64,000 bases of DNA from Heteronotia binoei. Its lineage: Eukaryota. Under the pieces are notes generated by a model, which was given only the letters and a program-made list of their open reading frames with translations, ran no database searches and was not told the origin of the DNA. The translations under genes and the position numbers were made by a program. Positions within the stretch are counted from its first letter, which is position 1. The number at the start of each line of letters is the position of its first letter. Below, piece after piece: positions 24,201 through 33,200 of this stretch. The stretch spans positions 29,326,001-29,390,000 of the forward strand of contig NC_083240.1 in the NCBI RefSeq assembly GCF_032191835.1. The letters run 5' to 3'.

Positions 24201-26666
24201 TCAAAATGGTTTCCTGACAAGTCCAAAGAGAAAGAAGGAAAAGGAACACCAAGTAGCCCTAGTTTTAAAGCTGTCAAAGAAACATGAGAAAACCCGAGGT
24301 GTTACATACCTACAATTAATTGTTGCCCTTCCACCTTCAAATTCAGAGTTCTTTCCCCAACGTTTTGGTAACTCCAGTACTGCTAGCCCTTTTGTTCCTA
24401 TAAGAGCCACATACTGTTGTGTAGGACTCAGTGAGGTTTGGTAGACATCAAAAAAGGGTGGATTTATGCAGAGCAGTGTCTGGAAATAAAAATGCTGAAT
24501 CACTTAACAGTACAACATTTCAACTTTTGTTTCTAAGCAAATAAACGTTATACAATATGAACATATGAAGCTGCCTTATATACTGAATCAGACCCTCGGT
24601 CCATCAAAGTCAGTATTTACTCAGACTGGCAGCGGCTCTCCAGGGTCTCAGGCTGTTTTCTGAGATGACCATAGATTAAATAATTAAACAAGCCCAAACT
24701 AGGGTAGGAGTCTACTTTCCACGAAGCAGGAAAAAGACCAGTGGCTGGACTGTACCACTCCAGATTGCAGGTGGAGTGCTTTTCCATAATTGAAAAACCC
24801 TTCACACAGAAAACTTGCTAATCAGGGCTGAGGCTAGAACCTAACACAAACACTGGCTGCAGGAGCTGGTAGTGTGAGGTCCTTTACACCCAATTATTGC
24901 AACTTAAGTGCAAGCAGTATTTAAACATTGCATTCCCCCCCTCCCATGTTTCAGCTAGACTCCATACAGAAACCCTAACCTTTAAACAGGTCCTTGAGCT
25001 TTACTGAAAACAAACTACAAGGCCTAGCTGCCTTTCCACAAAGTAAAATTCCTTGCACTTAGAAAACAAGCACATCTGGGGACAATGTTCAGCTTTTCCC
25101 TGACACTCTGATTTCCACATTCTAGGAAGAGGGTTTCACATCCAGCTCTTCCCTGCTTTGCTAGTTTCAGTCTGTGTCCTGCAGACCTTTTAAAAAACAA
25201 TTGTTTTGTCTGACTGGCACATTTTCAACATGTGTTTATGGTATCTTTTCCACATTCTTCCACTATGAAATGCAAGGAGTATTCATGGTTCTCTCATGCT
25301 ACATTTTCTCCTCACAATCACCCTGTAAGGGAACAGGCGGGCTGAGCCAGAGTGATTGCCCCAAGATTGCCCAGACAGCTTCATAGTAGGCAGGGCCGGC
25401 CCTAGACTGTCTGGCATCCTACGCAAGGCTAACTTCTGGTGCCCCCTCCCCGCACACAGATGATGTCACTTGACACCCCTAGATGGCTGGCGCCCTAGGC
25501 AATCGCCTAGCTTGCCTAGTGGCAGAGCCTGCCCGGATAATAGGAGAGGGATTTGAACCTGCCAGAGCAGTCTCAAACAGAGTTCTAAGTCCACTGGTGT
25601 CAATTAGAGATGCCAACCTCCGGTAGGGCCTGAGGATCCCCAGGAATGCCAGCTTATCTCCAGTCCAGCCAATAAAAATCAATTTCCAATGGATGTTTTG
25701 GAGGGTGGGCTGTATGGCATTGTACCTCGTTGAGATCCCTGTCCTCCCCAGGCTCCATCTCCAGTCCAGGAGTTTTCCAACCTGGAGCTGGCAACCGGCA
25801 CAGACAAGTGCAAGTTGCAACTTTGTTTAGGATTGCTCTGTGTGTGTCTCTAGTCCAAGAGCGGCCAAACTTGCTTAACATAAGAGCGATATAGAATAAA
25901 CATCAGATGGTTGAGAGCCGCAAGACATGGACGTCAGAGTTTGAGAGCTCGAAGGAAGGCAGGCAGAGGGAGAGAGGGAGGGGGAAAGAAAGCAGCTTTA
26001 AAAGCACTCTTCAAACTGCTGGCCGGCTTGGTTTGGTGAAGTGACTTAAAGAGTCAAATGCCTTTTCCAAGCCAGCTGATGGGGTATGGGAGCTCTGAGA
26101 GCCACACAATATGTGTGAAAGTCGCATGTGGCTCCTAAGGCACAGTTTGGCCACCCCTGCTCTAGTCCTTTACGGCACTGGCTCTTTATATCAAGAATAT
26201 ATCGCTTTGTATGGACAAACCACTACACCAACACGCGCAGGAAGAGAAAACTAGATGGAAGCGAGTGACACCGACATGCTGGCTTTCTACGTGCAGGGGT
26301 TTTGTAACGGAGGCGCTCTGCGGCACCTGCGAGCCCAAGACGGTGGCAGCACACGGCTCCCTCGGGGGCCTCCAGGAGAACCAAGCGAGGAGGCCGCACC
26401 TGGTACCGGCTCAGGCTGTCGTGCTCGCCGCCGCCCAGGCTCCTCAGGCTGAGGGCGTAGAAGGCGCTACGCTCGCCGTCCCAGAGGAAGAGCTCGCCGC
26501 CCAAGCCGAACATCAAGTCCCGCGGAAGCGCCGGCCGAGCCTTCACGTCGCCCGGACCCGGCTCGACCTTCGCGGCCTGCTCCTTCAGGCGACAAATCAC
26601 GGCGTGGTTGGATAGCTCCTTCCGCCAGTGCTCTCCCAGGCCGGGCGCCACGGCCGCTGCGGCCAT
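9214..26666 (-). CDS. NUP88: Nucleoporin 88; complement(join(9214..9277,9773..9891,10003..10129,10753..10833,11303..11368,11865..11990,12714..12872,15734..15835,16649..16739,17728..17826,18780..18930,20395..20581,21090..21269,21409..21495,21845..21970,24310..24479,26400..26666)), 2202 nt, 733 aa
   Basis: 17 GT-AG exons join in frame without stops; motifs [67 protein letters not shown] and C-terminus [20 protein letters not shown]. Confidence 0.98.
9598..9728 (+). mobile_element. RTE/Bov-B-type LINE 3' end
   Basis: Encodes [38 protein letters not shown] (RTE ORF C-terminus) and ends GCAAAGAGTCCGACTCAACAACAA. Confidence 0.8.
9773..9891 (-). CDS. NUP88: NUP88 exon 16
   Basis: [11 protein letters not shown]...[15 protein letters not shown]. 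Confidence 0.95.
10003..10129 (-). CDS. NUP88: NUP88 exon 15
   Basis: [27 protein letters not shown]...AIKQ. Confidence 0.95.
10289..10625 (-). mobile_element. CR1 LINE 3' end
   Basis: CACAGAATCACAGAGTTGGAAGAGGCC...CATCTAGTCCAACCCC typical CR1 3' terminus. Confidence 0.8.
10753..10833 (-). CDS. NUP88: NUP88 exon 14
   Basis: [26 protein letters not shown]. Confidence 0.94.
11303..11368 (-). CDS. NUP88: NUP88 exon 13
   Basis: [21 protein letters not shown]. Confidence 0.94.
11865..11990 (-). CDS. NUP88: NUP88 exon 12
   Basis: [41 protein letters not shown]. Confidence 0.95.
12714..12872 (-). CDS. NUP88: NUP88 exon 11
   Basis: [13 protein letters not shown]...SPLRILAE...SSANPLLL. Confidence 0.94.
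13155..13344. mobile_element. hAT-like MITE family B (TIR CAGGGCTTTTTT) with internal duplication
   Basis: Termini cagggcttcttt / aaaaaaagccctg; two copies of ATTTGCATATTAGGCCAC. Confidence 0.7.
13474..13765 (-). mobile_element. 3' terminal remnant of an autonomous hAT (transposase C-terminus + TIR)
   Basis: TIR ctggggtgtcaaactca; reverse strand reads ..[35 protein letters not shown], resembling hAT dimerisation-domain ends. Confidence 0.65.
14288..14580. repeat. Long inverted repeat (foldback), loop 14420-14433
   Basis: Inner arms 14394-14419 and 14434-14459 pair at 23/26; similarity extends to about 140 nt per arm. Confidence 0.85.
15100..15520 (+). pseudogene. Probable NUMT of the mitochondrial control region 5' (TAS/ETAS) domain with a 74-bp tandem repeat
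   Basis: TACATACTATGTATAATCAACATTAATTATCTGCCCCATGCATAT..AGTACAT repeated at 15158 and 15232; downstream ACTACATGAATATT and TTAAGTTTATTGCAG; very AT-rich. Confidence 0.68.
15642..15726. repeat. 40-bp tandem duplication
   Basis: ggcaaaggaataagcacagatct(g/a)atctaggat(g/a)aagaag x2, 2 mismatches. Confidence 0.95.
15734..15835 (-). CDS. NUP88: NUP88 exon 10
   Basis: [28 protein letters not shown]. Confidence 0.94.
16649..16739 (-). CDS. NUP88: NUP88 exon 9
   Basis: [24 protein letters not shown]. Confidence 0.94.
16901..17312 (+). mobile_element. hAT MITE family A interrupted by a SINE
   Basis: TIRs cagtgttccctctaag / ttagagggaacattg; split at tttttgtctt|agctcagg. Confidence 0.88.
16972..17187 (+). 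mobile_element. Young Squam3-like SINE nested in the MITE
   Basis: Flanked by TGTCTT (16966-16971, 17188-17193); intact A/B boxes. Confidence 0.88.
17728..17826 (-). CDS. NUP88: NUP88 exon 8
   Basis: [32 protein letters not shown]. Confidence 0.96.
18780..18930 (-). CDS. NUP88: NUP88 exon 7
   Basis: [29 protein letters not shown]...FSCPIKLHR. Confidence 0.95.
20395..20581 (-). CDS. NUP88: NUP88 exon 6
   Basis: [38 protein letters not shown]. Confidence 0.96.
21090..21269 (-). CDS. NUP88: NUP88 exon 5
   Basis: [19 protein letters not shown]...[16 protein letters not shown]. Confidence 0.96.
21409..21495 (-). CDS. NUP88: NUP88 exon 4
   Basis: [28 protein letters not shown]; phases fit neighbours. 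Confidence 0.9.
21845..21970 (-). CDS. NUP88: NUP88 exon 3
   Basis: [39 protein letters not shown]. Confidence 0.96.
22229..22385 (-). mobile_element. hAT MITE family A
   Basis: Exact 8-bp TSD gttgtcaa. Confidence 0.9.
23011..24104. mobile_element. Non-autonomous hAT sharing termini with the 29594-33758 element
   Basis: TIRs cagaggtggggaacct / acgttccccacccctg; exact TSD ccctagtg; internal purine-rich tract 23460-23820 and GC-rich ~55-60-bp repeats 23860-24040. Confidence 0.92.
24310..24479 (-). CDS. NUP88: NUP88 exon 2
   Basis: [31 protein letters not shown]...INC. Confidence 0.96.
25391..25535. mobile_element. Small MITE (CAGGGCCGGCCCTAG termini) inserted in an old SINE
   Basis: cagggccggccctag...gcctagtggcagagcctgccc; MIR-like SINE halves on both sides. 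Confidence 0.55.
25604..25797. mobile_element. MITE with (TAGGG)TTGCCAAC...GCTGGCAACC termini
   Basis: Same family at 44412-44560 and 44670-45011 in the MIS12 intron. Confidence 0.6.
25856..26159 (+). mobile_element. hAT MITE family C (TIR CAGGGGTGGCCAAAC)
   Basis: Exact TSD ctctagtc; same family at 45856-46115 and 58019-58262. Confidence 0.88.
26400..26666 (-). CDS. NUP88: NUP88 exon 1 (coding part)
   Basis: ATG 26666; MAAAAVAPG...[10 protein letters not shown]...RYQ|GTgcgg. Confidence 0.92.
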
Positions 26667-27118
26667 CGCTGCGTCTGAATGAAGAGAAAAGTTTGTTGCC
26701 GAGAGGAGGCTGAACAAGGTAGGCCCCGCGCCGCCTCAGAGCGCGGGACTACATGTCCCAGACATCACCGCGCGAGCGGACTCTTCAAGACTATAAGATT
26801 GCTACCAAAAATATCTAAGGTTATGGTTAACACCATAGAGGTATATAGATGGACAGCCACGCCGTTACTTGAAGACAAACGACAGTTATCGGGCCAGCGC
26901 TAGTTCTTTCGAACCCCTCCCCCAAACGGAACGGCTCTTTCGCAGACTTCAATTCCCATAATGCAACGGGGTTCCGCTACCCGAAAGGAGGTGCTTCCCA
27001 TCATGCATCGGGTGCTGGAGTGCTTGTGCTTGACTACATTTCCCAGTGTGCTTTGGGCAAGAAGAACCAGCGGGGAGGAGAGGGCGGCAAGAGCAGCAGC
27101 TGTGCGGAGCTCGCGGTT
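26667..27118. promoter_or_regulatory. NUP88/RPAIN bidirectional CpG-rich promoter with four ZNF143 (SBS / ACTACA-TCCCA) motifs
   Basis: 452 bp between divergent ATGs; ACTACATGTCCCAG 26748, ACTTCAATTCCCATAATGCA 26946, TTCCCATCATGCA 26995, ACTACATTTCCCAGTGTGC 27033. Confidence 0.85.
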
Positions 27119-27208
27119 ATGGCCGGCTCGATGGCGTCGTTGCTCCAGCAGCGGCGGTGCCTCTACAAGGGTTCCCGAGCCCCGCCTTGGAAGGAGACCT
27201 ACCGGCAG
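27119..27208 (+). CDS. RPAIN: RPAIN exon 1 (coding part)
   Basis: MAGSMASLLQQRRCLYKGSRAPPWKETYRQ|GTaggt; two in-frame ATGs (27119, 27131). Confidence 0.9.
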
Positions 27209-30200
27209 GTAGGTCAGCAGGGAGGCGTCGGGGCTTCACATCTTTGGAACGTTGAGGGTGCCAACATTCGAGGGGTGGATACATTGATTGTATCGAAAGC
27301 TGTGCCACTTGGACTGGTTTTCTTGGAAGTAAGCCCTGCGCTGTAAAGCGTCTTTTAGTGCTATGCGATCCTGCGCACGCTTCCGTGGGAGAAATTATGA
27401 CCAATTTCGCACTAGACCTTTAATCCTGGTTTAGCCCTGTCCCCCACTGGAATCAGAGAAACCAACTTTATGACTCTATTATTCTATTATTTTAGTGCAG
27501 AATGTCTGTTTGGGGACAGGGCTAAAGGTCTAGTGCGAAATTGGCCTAAGTTCCCTGCGTCCCCGTTGCATGTTTACTGCGAAGCAGACGAACAAAAGTT
27601 GAGGGATGCCTTAAAGGCTAGCAGTATTGAAGTGTGAGCTTTCCTGAGTCACCGCTCGCTTCTTGGAATAGATGGCGGGAAGTCAAACCGGGAGTCCTAG
27701 TGAGGTGGAGGATTACGAGAGGGAGAGGAGGGGCTGAGACAGGATAGGTGTGAGTTCTGTCCTGAGTCTTTCAAGTGTCGATTCTCTGTATAAATTACTA
27801 GATCGGGATTAGCGGGTTCAAAGAGATCAGCAAACTACTGATGAAGCTTGCTCAGGGAGTAGTCTGAAGTGTAAATGAACATTAACTGATATTGGTGACA
27901 AGGACCCACTATGCACACACTTTATTGCAGATTTTCAGAGTAGCAAGCCACAGTCAAGAATCTTGACTTTGGACTCTGTGCACCGTACGCATCGTTCTTT
28001 TTCCTTTGGTGTATTATTCTGCAGCTACCAATTTTAAAAATGCATTTTTTCTAAATTGGGGTGGAACGTCACTTGTGACATATGGGGAGTGGCATCCAAA
28101 GTTTTAAAAAACATTTATGCAATTGCGCTATTGCTGCTGAACTGCAGTATCCAGCAAGCACCATCCATTTAAATCCACATGGTTCACATTTTGTGCATGC
28201 ATTTTAGCATTAGTTCCTTGAATGAAAGGAAACAGAAAGGAATGCAGGCAAAGGGGGGGGGGGGAACCCACTGTTGAGACTGGCCAAACTTTTACTGAAA
28301 CTATCCATGGGAGACTGTAGGACTGATAATGAGCTGGAAGTTGTATGTGACAAGCACTCTTCAAGTCTGTCTTGTAGCAGGCTGGCTCTGTTGATTTGCT
28401 TCTTTCCTTCATGGGGCAGGCATTGGGCCTAGCCTAACCCAATTTCATCACATCTCAGAAGGTAAGGAGTGTCAGCCCTGGTTGGCATTTAGATGGGAGA
28501 CTGCTAGAGAATTCCAGGGTCACCGTGCAGAGGCAGGTGGTAAGAAACCACCTCTGTTAGTCTCTTGCTTTGAAATTTGTATGTGGTCACCATAAACCAG
28601 CTGTGACTTGACAATGCTTTATACATATACACAGCGAGAGACTGTAATCCAAAAAAGTGTTTTTTGTAACACAAGCAGGCAGGGCTTTTTTGTAGCAGGA
28701 ACTCCTTTGCATATTAGGCCACACACCCCAATGTAGCCAATCCTCCTGGCGTTTACATAGGCCCTGTACTAAGAGCTCTGTAAGCTCTTGGAGGATTGGC
28801 TACAACAAGAGTTTCAGGGTATAAACTTTTGAGAGTCAAAACGCCCTTTGTCATATACCTTCACCAGGAAGAAGGCAGCAGACGGTAGCCAAATCTTCCA
28901 GCAGTGACTTATAGTGCAATCCTGAGAACTATTTCTTAGGAAGCTGAATAGACTTCAGGATTCTGTGTAGTCTCAGACTTAGGCAGGTGTGAGTATTACA
29001 AAGAAGGAAGAGGACAGCAAGTAGGCAGATGCTCCTCTGCTATGCCTGGATTACAGTGGGGGAATCTCCTTGCTTGGAAAGCTTTTGTATCGAAGCATTT
29101 CATCTCTGTTAAATGCTGGTTCTTGTGAGCTTTTCAGGCAGTCAGTTTTAAGGTTGAAAGGCAGGAGCAACATGACAGTGATTTTATTTACTCACTCTGT
29201 GTAGTCCGCCTTGAGTCTCAATAAGAGAGACAGTAAATAACATAAATAAATGAATTGTATCTAATTGTAAAGTTATTGGTCCCTTGTGCAGGTCGCACAG
29301 ATAGCAGAACCAGATTGCTCACACATGTAAGCTTAGGCTTCTCCAACATTCCCTCTAAGCTGCAAAGTCTTGTGAGCAAAAATTCTACTTTGTGAGCTAC
29401 TGGTATTAAAGTTGTAAGCTACTGCATTAATTAGTGTGCTCTGGGGTCATCCTTCCTGAGTGAAGACAAAAATGTGTGAGCTGGAAGCTAAAAATCGGTG
29501 AGCTAGCTCACACTAACTCAGCTTAGAGGGGACACTGAGTGGGACAAGGTGTGACTCTCAAGTATGGAGATACGTGACATTGACTATGTAAATCAGGGGT
29601 GGGGAACCTTTTTTTCTGCCAAGGGCCATTTGGATATTTAGAACATCATTCGAGGGCTGCACAAAATTATCAACTTAAAAATTAGCCTGCTATATTTGGT
29701 CAAACATTTAATTGACTCATCCCTAATGTGATGGCTGGAATGGCTTCTCTTTGGTGAGGCGTATGCTGTTAACTGGTATTGATGATGTTGCTACTCGCAA
29801 CTGATTTTCCAGGTTTGTCTCAGTCAGTCTGGAGTGCAGTTGACCCTTTGCGATGGTAAGTTTTGAAAGAACTGCTCACAGCAGTAAGTTGTTCTGAACG
29901 CAGATGCATATTTCAGTGTGTCTCCTCCAAGTGGGAAATTCATCATTGCTTATATAACGTTTATGAACTCAAGCAGTGGGACGTTGTTGTACCTAGCTTT
30001 CAGCTCATCATTGCTTTGCAACTGAATGATTTCGTGTTGTAGGTTATCAGGCACATCAGCTGGCTCCATATTGAATGGTGTATCAAAGATGTTCAATTCC
30101 AGTTGCTTACTTTTCACATCCTTGAATCTCATCAAATGCCTCAATTAGTTTCAAACATTCACCAGCATATTCAAGTGTCATAGAAGGGTTTTGTCCTTCC

Positions 30201-33200
30201 AGAGTGGGGAAATGCACCATGTTATTCTTTTCATGTTCTACTTTCCACAGCCTTAATTTAGCTTCGAATGCTTTCACATTTGAAAGCAAGGAGCTGAGAA
30301 GCTGGTTGGGGCCCTGCAGCTTGAGGTTCAGCTCAGAGAGGTACTTGGTAATGTCCACCATGGATGCTAAATGACACAACCACTTGCTAACATTGAGTTC
30401 CCTAACAGGTTTCCCCTTCATCACCATGAACTGCTTGACTTCATCCCGCAGTTCGTAAAACCTCATGAGCATGTTCCCACGACTCAGCCACCGCACTTCA
30501 CAGTGATGAACAAGATCACTGTACTCAGACTCAAGTTCATTCAGTAACTCCTTAAACTGGCGGCTGTTAAGCCCTTTGCTTTTGATAAAATTTATGCATG
30601 ACACAACTGTCGGCATCACATTGTTGAGCCGCAACGACTGTGCACAGAGGCTTTCTTGGTGTATGATGCAGTGGCATATAATTAAATCACTTGGCTCAAG
30701 GCCGAAACGATTCATTTCTTTCTTGACCATTTTTGCGAGCCAACCATGACTGGAGCTCCATCTGTAGTAAGGCCACTTAACTTTTCAAATGGTAGCTCAA
30801 GTTTTTCATTGCTAAAACAAGTCTCTCAAACAAGTCCTCACCTCTTGTCGTGCCATGCATGGCTTCCAGCGCCAGCAGTTCCTCTTGCGTGTCAAACTCT
30901 GCAGTTATCCCACGAATGAAAATGGCCAGTTGGGCAGTATTTGTTATGTCCTTTGTCTCATCACAAGCCAGAGAGAAAAACTGGAAATCTGCAGAATCTT
31001 TCAGTGTTTTTTCAATATCTTGTGCTAAGTCAGTAATCCGATCTGAGACAGTTCTCCGAGACAAACCTAACACTCTGAGACAATCTTATTTTGTCCGGTG
31101 CCAGCAACTCTGCAGCAGCCACCATGCAATCTTTCACAAATTCTCCCTCTACATGAGGCCTCAGCTTGTTTGCAATTAGTTCACTCACTACATAACTTGC
31201 CTGAATAACATTGTCTCTGTCACAGCGAGGCCTCGTGAAAGCAGCTTGTTGTGATTCCAACCTCTTCTGAAGAGCATTGATTTTATCCAGATGCGTTTGG
31301 CCTTGCAATTAATTGAGTTTAACATGTTTTGAGCTGAAATGGTGCTCCAGATTGGCTTTTTTTTATTACTGCTAATGCATCGCCACAAACTAGGCACACA
31401 GGTTTGCCTTTGACTTCAACAAAAAAATAATCATTTGTCCATTTCTCTTGGAAAACTCGACACTCTGCGTCAACTTTTCTTTTCTTTGTAGTCGCCGTTT
31501 GTAGGATGTCTCACCGCTTAAGTTTTAATAACTATCCAGTGTGTGTGTCACCCAGGAGCGGCCCTACAAAGAGGATGAAGTAGTTTAGCAAATCTTTGGG
31601 CACCACAAGGACTCATCTCAGCCAGCCATGGTCTGAACCACGCTGTTTAGCCTGCCCTTTGTTTTGTTTCCAAGGCCCCCAGATGTTAACCGCTTACATT
31701 TGACTTTTTATAAGCACAAAATAATAAAGATTTAGCAGTCAGTGTTCCTCACAAGCCACCCAGATCCTGCTGGACTCGCCATGTGCACTTTTCTCAGATG
31801 TTCTTCATTTACTATTAGCTTCTCTCTCCCAGGACCAGCTAAATAGCATCTGATGGCCAGCATGGATCCATACAAAGATAACTGTGCATCAGAACTGAGC
31901 AACAAATCCAGGTTTGCCATCAAAGATGCACACAGCAGGGAACCTTAACCAGTTTAACTGTGTACCTTTAAAATGCCAATGGGTGATGTGGTTAGTATGC
32001 TAGACAAGGAGTAAGGGGGCTAAGACTAAATCCACCATTGCCTTAAAACTCTCTTGGGATAAAGTTCACCTTGGGGCTAACTGCTTTTTCTCTCAGCCTA
32101 ACCTTCCTCACAGGGTTGCTATGAAGGCAAAACAGGAAGGAAGGCTTCAAAATGAGATAATGAGCATATGATTGCAGGCTGATATTGCAATCTAGATCTT
32201 TACTCAAAAGTACTTCACTTCCTGAATCTGAAGCACAGAATTGCAACCTTGCTATCCTGGACTGGTAGACTTATTATTTGCTTCAGACTTGAGAATGCCC
32301 AGCAGGAAATCATAGAGACATTAACAACTTGTGGTAGTGGGGGTCAAGAAGACCCTGTCCCCAGGCTTTCATTTCTAGCCTGCTACAGCAGGACAGACAA
32401 AGTCCTGCCATCTAGCAGTGATATAAAGCCAAATTAGAGAAAATAGGATTTTTTAAAAAAACAGGGTGCCTGAAATATTTGGGGACAGAAGTATTAAGCT
32501 GCTTGAGAAATATGCAAAGCAGTAGATTAGAGGGGTGGGGTGGGGCTATTTTTAAATGGGTAAAACTCCTTACTACAACTGAACTCATTCTATTTAATGT
32601 ACAGCTTTCAGCATCACAAATTCCTGCATTGTGCAGGGGGTTGGACTAGATGACCCTGGCTATTTGATTGACTGTGGCCATTGACAAAAGTTTCTGGATT
32701 CTCATTTCTCCAGTCCCCCTCCCCTTCCCCACCCACTTCTTCTGGCTTTTTTTCCTCCCCTCCTGGCTAGATTGCTCTCTCTCTTTCTCATCCCTGCACT
32801 TCTTGGTCCCCTCAGCAAAGGCGTGGCTGCAGCAACAGAGCCCAGGTGGGGAGGGAGATGGAAATTTCATTCAAGCCTGTCTCCTCCCTCTCCCTCGTTG
32901 TGATGGAAAGCCATTTGCGGGACTTTAAACTGCACATGGAGATTGGGGGCTCCGTTTTTCCTTGCTGTTCACCCCCAAACACCTCCTTTCACACACACTC
33001 TTCCCTCAGGCTGGCTCCCCTCCCACAGCTCTCCCCTTCCTCAGTGGCTGCACCCAGCTGTGATGAGCAGCTAAACGCTAACGGGACCGTTCCTTTGGTC
33101 CCTGAGCCTCCTCCATCACCCTCGCACTCCATGGGCACCCATTTGAGGGACCCTAGGGGTCAAGCGGGGGCGGCGATTGATTAGATGGGTTCTCCTCCCC

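Noticed and set aside
26211-26615. Plus-strand 134-aa ORF over NUP88 exon 1
   Set aside because: Antisense shadow of a GC-rich coding exon
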